NCBI GenBank assembly: GCA_964524985.1
Contig: CAZGFL010000029.1
Span: forward strand, 11,283 to 75,282
Reading direction: 5' to 3'
Length of the DNA: 64,000 bases
Source of the DNA: an uncultured Acidobacteriaceae bacterium
Lineage (GTDB): Bacteria; Acidobacteriota; Terriglobia; Acidiferrales; UBA7541
Positions 1-10,999 of the stretch are shown here, piece after piece; the stretch's first letter is position 1; the number at the start of each line of letters is the position of its first letter. Position numbers and translations under genes: made by a program. The notes below the pieces were generated by a model. The model was given only the letters and a program-made list of their open reading frames with translations, had not been told where the DNA came from and did not search any database.

Positions 1-143
1 CCGGCATGCCTAGGAAGGTTTCGTCTCCATCTTGAACAGAATATTCTAGCACACGGCCCAAATTCCTCGCCCTTGCGGATTTGCGGCGGCTTCCGGGCTT
101 GCCGTAGACTTAGACTTCATTTCCAGCGCTGGGGGAACGTTTC

Positions 144-1172
144 ATGCTGGTTGTCATGCAGTCGCACGCCACCGAGGAGCAGGTCCGCGCAGTTTGCAAG
201 CGGATTGAAGCGCTCGGCCTGAAAGCCCATCCCATGCCGGGCGCGAACCGCACGGCCATCGGCATCACCGGGAACAAGGATGCGGTTGACCTCGGTGTCC
301 TCGAGTCGCTGCCTGGCGTCAGCGAATGCATTCCCGTCAGCAAGCCGTACAAGTTGGTCAGCCGAGAGGCGAAGGAAGAAGACACGGTTCTCCGCATCCC
401 TACCCCTTCGGGGGATGTGCTGGTCGGCGGGCCGCACGTGGCGTTGGTGGCGGGGCCGTGCGCCGTGGAAACGGAACAACAATGCATGGCTATTGCCGAG
501 CGCGTCAAGAAGTCCGGCGCAAGGCTTTTCCGCGGCGGCGCGTATAAACCCAGGACTTCCCCTTATAGTTTTCAGGGCTTGGGAGAGGAAGGTTTGAAGA
601 TTCTCTCAAAGGTGCGCACGAGCTACGGTTTCGGGATTGTCACGGAAGCCATCGACAATGAATCGCTCGACCTGGTCGAGCAGTACGCAGATGTCATTCA
701 GATTGGCGCGCGCAACATGCAGAATTTCTCACTGCTGAAACGCGCGGGCCGCGCCAAAAAGCCCGTGTTGCTCAAGCGCGGCATGTCCGCAACGCTCGAC
801 GAGTTCCTGATGGCGGCGGAATACATTCTGTCCGAGGGCAATTACAATGTGGCGCTTTGCGAACGCGGGGTGCGAACGTTCTCGGATTTTTCGCGGAACA
901 CGCTCGACCTTGCCGTGGTCCCGGCAGTCAAGAAGCGCAGCCACCTGCCGATTTTCGTCGATCCCAGTCATGGCACAGGCAAGCGCCACAAGGTTTTGCC
1001 GCTGTCGCGTGCAGCCGTGGCGGTGGGGGCCGACGGCCTGTTGATCGAAGTCCATCACGAGCCGGACAAAGCACTGTCCGACGGAATGCAGTCCATCCTG
1101 CCTGAGGAATTCGCCGAGCTCGCTGACGAAATGCGGCAGATTGCCGCCGTGCTGCACCGCAAAATTAACTGA
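144..1172 (+). CDS. aroF: 3-deoxy-7-phosphoheptulonate (DAHP) synthase, type I-beta with N-terminal regulatory domain
   Basis: Motifs [40 protein letters not shown]. Confidence 0.95.
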   Translation: MLVVMQSHATEEQVRAVCKRIEALGLKAHPMPGANRTAIGITGNKDAVDLGVLESLPGVSECIPVSKPYKLVSREAKEEDTVLRIPTPSGDVLVGGPHVALVAGPCAVETEQQCMAIAERVKKSGARLFRGGAYKPRTSPYSFQGLGEEGLKILSKVRTSYGFGIVTEAIDNESLDLVEQYADVIQIGARNMQNFSLLKRAGRAKKPVLLKRGMSATLDEFLMAAEYILSEGNYNVALCERGVRTFSDFSRNTLDLAVVPAVKKRSHLPIFVDPSHGTGKRHKVLPLSRAAVAVGADGLLIEVHHEPDKALSDGMQSILPEEFAELADEMRQIAAVLHRKIN

Positions 1173-1190
1173 CCACCAGCTGAGAAGGCA

Positions 1191-1880
1191 TCACTTTTCG
1201 CCCGTGCGCTCTTTGCCGGCGAGCCAGCCATCCAGCATTTCCTTGCCTCGGCCACGCAGCATTTGCAGCACAATGCCAATCATACCCTCGCTGTTCACCC
1301 ATGCCACTTGACCTTTCCCGCTTACTTTGATCCCCAGCGACAGCTCAAAGGTGAAGTCCAACAAAGAGCCGTGCTTCAACGGCTTGGCCACGCGCACCGC
1401 CATTCCCCCGCCGCTTAAGTTAGTCATGCGCGCCTGCTGCTCGGTCGTGCCGTCGTTCAGAGTTACAGGGTAGTTGACGGTATGGCGAAAATAGCGGCGG
1501 CGCTCCGTCTCCAGGAGATCCTTGGAGATGGTGATGTGCATCACGACGCTTTCTTCCGTGAGCGGCTTGCGCAGCAAGAAATTCGCTCCCGCGGCAAGAA
1601 TCTGCGTGGACTCCCTGGCTTTTCCGCCACAGGCGAAGATCACCGCCTTGCTGTTCGAGGTACCCTTGCGCGTCGATTCAATGAGCCCCAGCGATCCGGG
1701 CACTTCCATGTCAACAAATACGCCATCGACCTTGCGCCGGTTGAGGCACTCCCGAGCTTCGTGCGCGGTCGGCATTAGTACGAACTTCGCGCCGAACTTC
1801 TTCACGCCTTTGGAAACCGCCGTTACTGCCGCATAGTCACCGGACACGAGGACGAATTCAAGATCAAGCGGTTGCATCAT
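1191..1880 (-). CDS. Receiver (REC) domain plus PilZ domain protein
   Basis: N-terminal REC-like fold (VFVD, FLLRKP); C-terminal RxxxR (RRRYFRH) and NxSxxG (NLSGGG) c-di-GMP-binding motifs. Confidence 0.8.
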   Translation of the reverse strand: MMQPLDLEFVLVSGDYAAVTAVSKGVKKFGAKFVLMPTAHEARECLNRRKVDGVFVDMEVPGSLGLIESTRKGTSNSKAVIFACGGKARESTQILAAGANFLLRKPLTEESVVMHITISKDLLETERRRYFRHTVNYPVTLNDGTTEQQARMTNLSGGGMAVRVAKPLKHGSLLDFTFELSLGIKVSGKGQVAWVNSEGMIGIVLQMLRGRGKEMLDGWLAGKERTGEK

Positions 1881-2115
1881 GGGGTTGGGGACTCCGGTGC
1901 GGTGTAGGTCTGCCTGTTTGTTTTGTAGGGTGCTCGAGTGGCCGCCATTATAACGGAAACCGCTTTTCTGTCGAGGCTATTCCTGACATCGCATTTCACA
2001 ATATGAACTTGGCGGACGAGCGGCTCTGCTTTTCCGAGAACCATTGGCCCGTCGGCGTCAACCGCTATTCCCCTTACAGGCGCGTGCGTACTCGTGCGAG
2101 AATCCCAACGCTCCT

Positions 2116-3252
2116 ATGAAACGACCCAGGAACTTCCGTGCACGCTTCTTGCTGGTCGTCTTACTGGTCTTTGGGCTGATTGTTCTGTTACGGGAGCACC
2201 GGCCTTCCTTCCTCCGGCCGGACCTGCATCTTTGCGCCTACGTTTCCATGGCCGACGGAGCGTTAACAGTCGTGGACCTCATCAAGCTCAAGGCGGTTGC
2301 GCGGATACCCATCGGTCCAGGCATTTCTGGAATGCGGGAGCATCCTGATCGCGCGGAAATCTTTGGTGTCAGCACCGGCGGCGGCTTTGTATGGATCTTC
2401 GACGCACGCAGCTACGAGGTGCACGCGCGTATCCCAGTTGGGCCATTCCCCTACTCACTTGATTTTTCTCCCGACGGTTCTCGCGTCTACACGACAGCTT
2501 CGGGCAACGATACGCTTCTGGCCATCGATGTTGTGTCGCGCACAATTTTGGGCCGCGCGAAGACGGGCCGCGAGCCTGTACTCGCTCACGTCACTCCAGA
2601 CGGCAAATCCGTATTAGTGGTGAATCGCCGCGACGGATCTCTCGGCATCCACGACGCCGCGACGCTCGTGCTTCGCAGCGCCGTCCCGGTTGTGTCTCAA
2701 CCGGAAGACGTGGTCGCTTTGCCGGACAGTTCGATGGCCTTCGTATTGAGCCGCTCGGAACAGCGGATTTCGGTTGTGGACCTACGCAGAGGGGTTTTGG
2801 TTGCAAATCTCGAATTGGCCGGCAAGCCCACTGAGATGCTGCTCAAACCAGATGGCGGAGAGCTCTTTGTCATTTCCCCCGAGGCCCATGGGCTCCAAGC
2901 CATCAACACGTGGACGCATGAAGTCGGGGACTACATGGTTCTCGGGTCCGCGACGACGCGTGGAGTTCTCAGCGCGGATGCCAGCCTTCTCTATGTATCG
3001 GATACTGCGGCTGGCCGGGTTATCCCCGTAGACCTTCCAAACCGCCGAATCATTCGCGATCCAGGAAAAGGGTTTCCCATTCCCGCGGGGAATGCCCCGG
3101 GAGCCTTGCGCTTTGATCCGAACGAGACGCTTTTGTTAGTCGTGAGCCAGGGTTCCGGAGACCTGGCCGTTGTTCGTGTGCGAACCAACTTCTTGGTGAC
3201 CATGATTCCGGTTGGCGAGCGGCCGCAGGAATTGGCGGTGAAGCTCTACTGA
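2116..3252 (+). CDS. YncE/YVTN-type beta-propeller protein, membrane-anchored or exported
   Basis: N-terminal hydrophobic segment; repeated IPVG..P and FSPDG blades; ATG at 2116 preferred. Confidence 0.8.
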   Translation: MKRPRNFRARFLLVVLLVFGLIVLLREHRPSFLRPDLHLCAYVSMADGALTVVDLIKLKAVARIPIGPGISGMREHPDRAEIFGVSTGGGFVWIFDARSYEVHARIPVGPFPYSLDFSPDGSRVYTTASGNDTLLAIDVVSRTILGRAKTGREPVLAHVTPDGKSVLVVNRRDGSLGIHDAATLVLRSAVPVVSQPEDVVALPDSSMAFVLSRSEQRISVVDLRRGVLVANLELAGKPTEMLLKPDGGELFVISPEAHGLQAINTWTHEVGDYMVLGSATTRGVLSADASLLYVSDTAAGRVIPVDLPNRRIIRDPGKGFPIPAGNAPGALRFDPNETLLLVVSQGSGDLAVVRVRTNFLVTMIPVGERPQELAVKLY

Positions 3253-3292
3253 GGACTGAGCAAGGACAGCGCGAAAGCGGCCCGCCAACAGT

Positions 3293-5485
3293 TCATTCGA
3301 CCGGCCAGGCAAGATTGTCTTCGCCGAGATTCACTTCGAGGGAGCCTTCGGCGGGAAGAACGTCCACAGGCAGCCCGTCGTGCCAAAGTGCTACGCCGAG
3401 CTTCAGTTTGTTCTGACCTTTCAGGTTGAGCTGACTGCGTGGAATGGCGAGCTCGAGGACGCGTTCGTACGCGGCTTCCGCAATGAATTCCGGATTGAGC
3501 AGGCACACGAGGTACTTTTCGACGGCGAATTCCTGTAGGCGGCCGCGTTGCAGCTTTACGACAATGGTCAGTTCCTCGGAACCGCTGATGGTGATGCGAA
3601 ATTCCGGGTCATCCAGTTCGGCAAGCATCTCCGCAAACGGATCGATGCGAATGCAAAACCGTTCTTTCTCGAATCCGTAGCGAAGCTCGTGCAGGTAGTA
3701 AACGCGGCCATGCATGGAGCCGCCACGACGCTCCGGCGAATACAGCCCGGCGCCAAGCCATTCAAAATAAGAACTGTCACGCCCATCGACTTTGACCTTA
3801 AGAAAGCCACTCGGCGCAATCTGGACGGCGTGTTCGGGGCGGCGCTTGATGGGCTTGGCAAGCTCTTCCGGGGCCACCTGGCCAAGCGCAAGGTAGACAG
3901 CGGTCAGATGCTTTCGATAAAGCTCATCGAATTCGGCATCATTCGGGGTGCTGTGTTCGGGACCAAACCACCAGCACCAGTCGCTGCCTTCCGCGGCAAG
4001 GAGCGACTCATGAGCGTCCTTGAGCGCTTCTTCTGTAGGCCCCCCCGGCCTGCCCTTCTGCCGTGTTTCGAGGGCGCGGGCGTAGGTCTCGCGTGCGTCC
4101 CAGAGCAACTCCCAGGCGGTCACGTCTTCGCCGTGCCCGATCCACACGTCGAAGTTGGCGTTGATCCAAGACGCTGGAAAGATTCCCGTGTTCGTGGGGA
4201 TTTCCCCTGCGGCCGCAATGGCTTCGCTGGCGGTGAGCGCGCGGAAGTCGGCGTCGCTTTCAATGCGGCGGTAGAACTCGCCCAGGAATTCCCGCCCGTT
4301 GCCCTCGTAATACTCCCAGGCGTTTTCTCCATCGAGAAAGAGGCAGATCGTCAGAGGCTGCGTTCCTCCCGTTCTTTCTCCCAATTGCCGTAAGCGCGAA
4401 TGCAAATCCGCAGCGGCAGCCTTGGCATCCATACGGCTATACACAAAACCAATCAGGTCGGAGAGGTGGTGATCGCGGAAAAGGCCATGGATCGACTTTT
4501 CGCCGATTTGCACGCGGAGCGGCCGATAGAGGCGGCTGGCGTTCGCGGGGGTTCCATTGGCGTCGCGGAAAAACGCGATGTTCAGAGTGCGGCCGAGAAC
4601 GCCTTCGTCAGTTCCGAACCACTCGAAGCCTTCCTGAGCAGCAAGAGTCAGAGTTTGGTCGGAGACGGAGCCTTCCGAAGGCCACAAACCCCGAGGTTTC
4701 ACGCCGAACGTCTTTTCGTGGTACTGGCGGGCCAGGTGCAACTGCTCGCGGGCGTCTTCTGGTCTGCGAAACGCGCGGCGGGGGAGTGGCGTCGACGGAT
4801 TGGCCACGCGCGCAATGTCTGAATCGCAGATCAGCGGAAGAATCGGATGGTAAAAGGGAGTAGTGCTGATTTCGATCTGGTCTCGGGCGGCCGCGTCGCG
4901 ATAGGCAGGAAGGACCTTGCCTAATAGGTCTTGCTGCCTTTCTTTTAGACCCGCCTTGTCTTTCTCGGTGAAATCTTTTCCTTTTGTCGCCAGCCGGCTG
5001 GTGACCTCGTCCTTTTGAAGCCAGGACTCTTCCATCCAGGCCAATTGCGAAAGAAGCTGCAGATCGCGCCAGTCGCGGGACGTGAAGCTCACGACCGCCT
5101 GGGCGCCTCCCGCGGGCCTCGACCAATCGTAGAGTTCGACAAAGCGCGGCCAGCGCGACATCAGACGCTCATGATTCACTTGAAACGCACGCGACAGAAT
5201 CTCCGCCTTATCTTCGCGATTCAGCTCTTCGGCGTTCTTGAATGCCAGGTTGAACCACGGCTCATTGAACTTTCCGCTCGCGTACTCTTCCAGCTGAATG
5301 CCCAGCGCGGGCACGACGTTGAACGTGGCGTGGAACCCTGGAAACTCCCGGAGCACCTCGACCATGCCGTAGTAGTCCTTGAGGGCGTGCAGCCTAGTCC
5401 ATGGCAGGACGTAGCGGCCGCTCTCCGGGTCGCGGTACTGCGGCTGGTGCATATGCCAGAGAAGGACGAGATGAATGCGGTTCAT
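3293..5485 (-). CDS. Glycoside hydrolase family 57 (amylopullulanase-like)
   Basis: GH57 conserved regions WHMHQP, TPFYHPILPL, WPSEGS, LDGENAWE, AEGSDWCWW. Confidence 0.92.
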   Translation of the reverse strand: MNRIHLVLLWHMHQPQYRDPESGRYVLPWTRLHALKDYYGMVEVLREFPGFHATFNVVPALGIQLEEYASGKFNEPWFNLAFKNAEELNREDKAEILSRAFQVNHERLMSRWPRFVELYDWSRPAGGAQAVVSFTSRDWRDLQLLSQLAWMEESWLQKDEVTSRLATKGKDFTEKDKAGLKERQQDLLGKVLPAYRDAAARDQIEISTTPFYHPILPLICDSDIARVANPSTPLPRRAFRRPEDAREQLHLARQYHEKTFGVKPRGLWPSEGSVSDQTLTLAAQEGFEWFGTDEGVLGRTLNIAFFRDANGTPANASRLYRPLRVQIGEKSIHGLFRDHHLSDLIGFVYSRMDAKAAAADLHSRLRQLGERTGGTQPLTICLFLDGENAWEYYEGNGREFLGEFYRRIESDADFRALTASEAIAAAGEIPTNTGIFPASWINANFDVWIGHGEDVTAWELLWDARETYARALETRQKGRPGGPTEEALKDAHESLLAAEGSDWCWWFGPEHSTPNDAEFDELYRKHLTAVYLALGQVAPEELAKPIKRRPEHAVQIAPSGFLKVKVDGRDSSYFEWLGAGLYSPERRGGSMHGRVYYLHELRYGFEKERFCIRIDPFAEMLAELDDPEFRITISGSEELTIVVKLQRGRLQEFAVEKYLVCLLNPEFIAEAAYERVLELAIPRSQLNLKGQNKLKLGVALWHDGLPVDVLPAEGSLEVNLGEDNLAWPVE

Positions 5486-5667
5486 CGGCCTCGGTTCCTC
5501 GGCCGCGACGCGCACGTTCGATATCGGCTCGCAAACATAAAGTACGAAGTATACGGCAAGAACCGCTCAGGGCACGGACTTGCGACCAATCGACCAATAC
5601 TTGTCTCCCCTAAATGGCCCCTGCGCGGAAGCAAAGCAGGCGGCATGTTACACTCAGCGTTCGCATC

Positions 5668-8007
5668 ATGCGCATTCTGGATCGCTATATCGTCCGCGAA
5701 GTCTTCCGCCATGCGTTCCTCGGCCTCGTCGTCTTCACTTTCGTTTTCTTTGTGCCGCGGCTCGTGCGCCTGATGGAGCTGTTCGTGCGCCATGCAGGCT
5801 CCGGAGAGCAGATCCTGAAGCTTTTCCTGTGCATTTTCCCAAGCGTATTCGTCTTCACGGTACCGATGGCCACGTTGATCGGCGTGCTCCTGGGGCTTGG
5901 CCGGATGTCTGCCGATAGCGAGATCATTGCGCTGACGGCGCTGGGAATCGGGCGGAGGCGCATTCTGTTTCCCGTGGGAGTGCTAGCCCTGGCGGGGGCC
6001 GTAGTCACCATGGTAATGACGGTGTGGATCGGGCCGGCGGCCCTGCGGGCGCTGCACAATACGGAGACGGAGCTGATTAGTTCGCAGGTGTCCTTTCAGG
6101 TGCAGCCGCGCGTCTTCGACGAGCGCTTCCCCAAAATGGTGCTGTATGTGAACGACGTTTCCGCAAGCGGAACGCAATGGCACGGGGTGTTCCTGGCGGA
6201 GACCGGCGGAGAGAGCGGCTCGCGCGTGACTCTCGCCGATAGTGCCATCGTGATTGCCGAGCCTAAGGAGGGGAAACTCGAGTTGCATCTTCAGGGTGGC
6301 ACCACCCACGAGTTCTCACGAGAGGACACCAGCCACTACTCGGTCACGTCTTTTGGCCAAAGTGATTGGCCCATCGAGGTCAATGGGATTGGCACGGCAC
6401 AGCCCCGGCAGCGCACCATCCCAGAACGTTCCATGCGGGAATTGCTGGAGGAAAAAGGTCCGCAGTGGCGTGAAGCACGCGTGGAACTCCATACACGGCT
6501 GGCATTTCCTATAGCGTGCATCGTGTTTGCGCTCGTGGCCGTGCCGCTGGGAGCTCAGCCCCGCCGGGGCGGCCGTGCTGCCGGGTCCCTTTTGGCAGTC
6601 GTGCTGATTGCCGCGTATTACCTGCTTTTGATCATGGGTGCCGGCTTGGCGCGTCAAGCGACAATTCCAGCAGCGGCGGGCGTATGGGCAGCGAATGTGA
6701 TCCTTGCCGTGCTCGGGCTTACGCTGCTCCCACGCATGGAACAATTCCGTGCGGAGAGGCGTTGGCTGCAAAGCTTCGAAGCAGTTCGCAAGTGGCTCCG
6801 ATGGCAGCGACGCCGGCGCGCCGCCGCGCGAGCCAGGGCCGCTGCCGCGTACGCAAGCGCGGCCAATGGGAACGGAGAGAAGGCCGTGGATGAGCTTCCG
6901 GCGCCCTCCAGCGGGAGTTTTCCGCGGCTCATGGACTTGTACATTCTGCGGCGTTTCTTCTTCTACTTTGTATTGCTGATGGCGGTGTTCGTCTTCTTGT
7001 TTGAAGCCTTTACCTTCTTCGAGCTGCTCGATGACATCGGGCGGCACCGCGTGCCCTTCCTGACGGTGAAGGATTATTTCTGGTACTTGACGCCGTACCT
7101 CGTCTACAACTTGGCCCCGTTGGGGGCATTGATGGCGGTGCTGGTGACGCTGGGAATCATGAGCAAGAACAACGAGATTGTCGCGATTAAGGCCAGCGGA
7201 ACCAGCCTTTATCGGCTGGCAATGCCCGTGCTTGTTGCGGGATTGGTCCTCGCGGCAGCAATGATCGTGCTGGATGATACGTACCTGCCCTATGCGAACC
7301 AGCGACAAGACGCCCTCCACAACCAGATCAAGGGGCGCCCTCCGCAGACCTACGCCCATCCGCAGCGCTGGATCTTCGGCGAGAATTCCAAAATCTATAA
7401 TTATGACTTGTTCGACCCCGGACTGAAGCTCTTCGGCGGGCTGAGCGTTCTCGAAATTGATCCCACGAGTTTCCAAGTGCGGCGGCGGATTTTTGCCACT
7501 CGGGCGCGCTGGTCCGAAACCGAGAATGTGTGGGTGCTGGAGGGTGGCTGGATTCGCGACTTTTCAGATGGCTCCGTCGCCAAATTCGAGAGTTTTACGG
7601 CCGCGGCTCCCAAAGAATTGACAGAGCCGCCGAGCTACTTTAATCGCGAAGTCCGGCAAGCCTTCCAGATGAGCCTGGGGGAACTGGGAGGCTACATCGA
7701 GGGATTGCATCGCGCCGGATTTGACGTATCTACCCTGATGGTCCAGTGGCACAAGAAACTGGCCTATCCGCTGATGGCGCCCGTGAGCATGCTGTTGGCC
7801 TTTCCTTTCGCCTTCCTTGTAGGAACCCGAGGTGCGATCGGTGGCGTTGCATTGGGACTAGCCATCGCCGTGGCCTATTGGGCGATCGCGGCGTTGCTCG
7901 AGGCCATGGGAGGCGTAGGGCAGCTCCCGCCCATCTTGGCCGGCTGGTCTCCGGACATCATTTTCTTCTTTCTCGGGCTCTATTTCTTCTTCAAGATGTC
8001 GACGTAG
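5668..8007 (+). CDS. lptF: Fused LptF/LptG LPS export ABC transporter permease
   Basis: Two tandem YjgP/YjgQ units (MRILDRYI..RMSADSEIIA; LMDLYILRR..MSKNNEIVAIKASG) joined by an Arg/Ala-rich linker. Confidence 0.9.
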   Translation: MRILDRYIVREVFRHAFLGLVVFTFVFFVPRLVRLMELFVRHAGSGEQILKLFLCIFPSVFVFTVPMATLIGVLLGLGRMSADSEIIALTALGIGRRRILFPVGVLALAGAVVTMVMTVWIGPAALRALHNTETELISSQVSFQVQPRVFDERFPKMVLYVNDVSASGTQWHGVFLAETGGESGSRVTLADSAIVIAEPKEGKLELHLQGGTTHEFSREDTSHYSVTSFGQSDWPIEVNGIGTAQPRQRTIPERSMRELLEEKGPQWREARVELHTRLAFPIACIVFALVAVPLGAQPRRGGRAAGSLLAVVLIAAYYLLLIMGAGLARQATIPAAAGVWAANVILAVLGLTLLPRMEQFRAERRWLQSFEAVRKWLRWQRRRRAAARARAAAAYASAANGNGEKAVDELPAPSSGSFPRLMDLYILRRFFFYFVLLMAVFVFLFEAFTFFELLDDIGRHRVPFLTVKDYFWYLTPYLVYNLAPLGALMAVLVTLGIMSKNNEIVAIKASGTSLYRLAMPVLVAGLVLAAAMIVLDDTYLPYANQRQDALHNQIKGRPPQTYAHPQRWIFGENSKIYNYDLFDPGLKLFGGLSVLEIDPTSFQVRRRIFATRARWSETENVWVLEGGWIRDFSDGSVAKFESFTAAAPKELTEPPSYFNREVRQAFQMSLGELGGYIEGLHRAGFDVSTLMVQWHKKLAYPLMAPVSMLLAFPFAFLVGTRGAIGGVALGLAIAVAYWAIAALLEAMGGVGQLPPILAGWSPDIIFFFLGLYFFFKMST

Positions 8008-8149
8008 CGGCTTGACCGAGCGCGGCCCGAGAGCCTCTCTTCCAAGCGGCATCGAGAACAAAGGAAGCGCGTCGGCGGGCAGACAATCCTTGCAGCCGCC
8101 GACGCACTTCAAGTATTACTTTCACTGGAGTGGATGCCCTTCCGGCCTG

Positions 8150-10879
8150 TTATCTCCCTTTAGTTTTCTTTGCCTGCTCTTCTTCAACCATTGCTTGAGC
8201 TGCGGCTAGTCGCGCCACCGGCACGCGGAAGGGTGAACAGCTGACATAAGTGAGGCCGATACGATGGCAGAACTTGACGCTGTCGGGATCACCGCCGTGC
8301 TCCCCGCAGATCCCGAGTTTGATGCCGGGTCGCGTTTTCGTACCCTTTGCCACCGCGACTTCCATCAACTGGCCGACGCCAGTTTGATCAATCGACGCAA
8401 ACGGGTTTCGCTTGATGATTTCCAGTTCCTGATAAGGTCCGAGGAACGAACCCGAATCATCGCGGCTCATGCCCAGGCAGGTCTGCGTCAGGTCATTCGT
8501 GCCAAAGCTGAAAAACTCCGCTGTCTGCGCAATCTCGTCCGCCGTTAGGGCGCCGCGCGGCACTTCTATCATCGTGCCCACGAGGTAGTTGAGCTTCACA
8601 TTCTTCTCCTTCATGACCTCTGCGGCAATGCGATGAACAACTTCGACCTGCAGATCGAGTTCCTTCTTGAAGCCGACGAGTGGAATCATGATTTCCGGGT
8701 GGACTTGGATGCCCGCCTTTTGCACCTCGGCAGCAGCCTCAAAGACAGCGCGCGACTGCATCTCTGAAATCTCCGGGTAGGCTATGCCAAGGCGGCAGCC
8801 GCGGAAGCCGAGCATGGGATTGAATTCATGTAGTTCTTTAACTCGCTGCTTGATCTTCTCGGCTGGCACGCCCATCTTCTTCGCCAAATCGGTTTGCGCT
8901 GCATGCTCGTTCGGGAGAAACTCATGCAGCGGGGGATCGAGGAAGCGAATCGTCGCGGGCAGCCCTTTCAGTTCTTTGAAGATGCCGATGAAGTCCTCCC
9001 GTTGATAGGGAAGGATTTTTGCCAAGGCTTCTTTGCGGTCTTCGACCGTATCTGCGAGAATCATCTCGCGCATGGCGTCAATGCGGTTGCCTTCAAAGAA
9101 CATGTGCTCCGTGCGGCAGAGGCCAATGCCTTGAGCGCCGAAAGCCACGGCATGAGCGGTTTGTTCCGGAGTGTCTGCGTTGGTGCGGACGGAGAGGCGC
9201 GTGACTCTCGAGCACCAGTCCATCAACTTCTTGAAGTTCTGATACGTCGCGCTCTTGCCGGGTTCGAGCGACTTCTCGATCAGCACCTGAACGATTTCCG
9301 AGGCGGCCGTAGGAATCTGCCCTGCGTAGACTTCCCCGGCTGTGCCATTGATCGAGAGGAAGTCGCCCTCCTTGTAGGTGGCGCCATCGACGGTCATCGT
9401 CTTGGCGCCATAGTCAATCTGAAGCGCGGCTGCTCCGCAAACGCAGACTTTGCCCATCTGGCGCGCTACGAGCGCAGCGTGCGAACTGACGCCGCCCTTG
9501 GCGGTAAGGATGCCTTCGGCAGCGATCATGCCGCGCAAGTCTTCGGGTGAGGTCTCATTGCGCACGAGCAGCACTTTCTCGCCGCGCTTGTGCGCTTCAA
9601 CGGCACGCTCTGCGTTCAGATACATTTTGCCGGCAGCGGCCCCGGGACCCGCGGGGAGCCCTTTGGCAATGCACTTCGCGCTTTGCACGGCTTTGCGATC
9701 AAAGACGGGCGCCAGAACCTGGTCCAGTTGGTCGGCCGGGACGCGGCGGATGGCCGTCTTCCAGTCGATGAGCTTCTCTTTCTCCATCTCGATGGCAAAT
9801 CGAACGGCCGCAAGGCCGGTGCGTTTGCCATTGCGCGTCTGGAGCATGAAAACTCTATCGTCCTGAATCGTAAATTCGAAGTCTTGGACGTCCTTGAAGT
9901 GTTTCTCGAGGGTCTTCCGAATGCGCTCCAGTTCGTGGAACGCTTGCGGCATGTAGTTCTTGAGGTGCGCCACGGGCTCGGGAGTGCGCACGCCGGCAAC
10001 GACGTCTTCGCCTTGGGCATTGATCAAGAATTCACCGTAGAAGACTTTTTCGCCAGTGGCAGGGTCACGCGTGAAGGCCACGCCGGAACCGGACTTGTCA
10101 CCGGTGTTGCCGTAAACCATCGCTTGCACGTTCACTGCTGTCCCCCATTCCGAGGGGATGTTGTATTTGCGGCGGTAAACCACGGCGCGATCGTTCATCC
10201 AGGAACCGAACACGGCGCCCACGGCACCCCAGAGTTGCTTCCAGGGATCCTGAGGAAACTCCGCGCCGGTGTACTCCTTGATGAGCTTCTTGAACCGCGT
10301 GACAAGTTCCTGGAGATCCGCCACCGTGAGCTTGGTATCGTCGATGTCGGCGTGATAGCGCTCATGCTTGAGCCCGTGGATGACCACCTCAAATGGCTCA
10401 TGGTCCTCATCCCCGCGCTTCTGCACGTTCATCACGACGTCGCCGTACATTTGAATGAAGCGGCGGTAGCAGTCCCACGCCAGGCGATCATTCTTCGTGG
10501 CTTTGGCGAGAGTCAGAACCGTTTCATCGTTCAGCCCGAGGTTCAGGATCGTGTCCATCATGCCGGGCATGGAGTCGCGAGCACCGGAGCGAACCGACAC
10601 TAGCAAGGGCATCGAGGATTTGTCGCCAAACCTCGTGCCCATGATCTTCTCGACGCGCGCGAGCTCGGCCTTGACTTGTCCATCGAGGACCTTCGGGTAA
10701 GACTTCTTGTTGCCGTAGAAGTAGGTGCAAACTTCTGTGGTGATGGTGAAGCCAGGAGGGACGGGCAAGCCTATGCGGCTCATCTCGGCAAGACCGGCCC
10801 CCTTTCCGCCCAACAGGGCGCGCTGCGTGCCGTTGCCTTCCGCTTTACCTGCACCGAAAAAATAGACCCATTTCGTCAC
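8150..10879 (-). CDS. ppdK: Pyruvate, phosphate dikinase
   Basis: [27 protein letters not shown] (phospho-His), [18 protein letters not shown]. Confidence 0.97.
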   Translation of the reverse strand: MTKWVYFFGAGKAEGNGTQRALLGGKGAGLAEMSRIGLPVPPGFTITTEVCTYFYGNKKSYPKVLDGQVKAELARVEKIMGTRFGDKSSMPLLVSVRSGARDSMPGMMDTILNLGLNDETVLTLAKATKNDRLAWDCYRRFIQMYGDVVMNVQKRGDEDHEPFEVVIHGLKHERYHADIDDTKLTVADLQELVTRFKKLIKEYTGAEFPQDPWKQLWGAVGAVFGSWMNDRAVVYRRKYNIPSEWGTAVNVQAMVYGNTGDKSGSGVAFTRDPATGEKVFYGEFLINAQGEDVVAGVRTPEPVAHLKNYMPQAFHELERIRKTLEKHFKDVQDFEFTIQDDRVFMLQTRNGKRTGLAAVRFAIEMEKEKLIDWKTAIRRVPADQLDQVLAPVFDRKAVQSAKCIAKGLPAGPGAAAGKMYLNAERAVEAHKRGEKVLLVRNETSPEDLRGMIAAEGILTAKGGVSSHAALVARQMGKVCVCGAAALQIDYGAKTMTVDGATYKEGDFLSINGTAGEVYAGQIPTAASEIVQVLIEKSLEPGKSATYQNFKKLMDWCSRVTRLSVRTNADTPEQTAHAVAFGAQGIGLCRTEHMFFEGNRIDAMREMILADTVEDRKEALAKILPYQREDFIGIFKELKGLPATIRFLDPPLHEFLPNEHAAQTDLAKKMGVPAEKIKQRVKELHEFNPMLGFRGCRLGIAYPEISEMQSRAVFEAAAEVQKAGIQVHPEIMIPLVGFKKELDLQVEVVHRIAAEVMKEKNVKLNYLVGTMIEVPRGALTADEIAQTAEFFSFGTNDLTQTCLGMSRDDSGSFLGPYQELEIIKRNPFASIDQTGVGQLMEVAVAKGTKTRPGIKLGICGEHGGDPDSVKFCHRIGLTYVSCSPFRVPVARLAAAQAMVEEEQAKKTKGR

Positions 10880-10999
10880 AGTGTCCCTCGCTCATATTAT
10901 GGATTCAAAAAAGTTAATCCCGAAGCCACCCACTTCTCGATGAACCAGAAACTGTCGGCCCGCCGACATGCGCCAGTTCAAGTGATACTTGAAGTCTCG

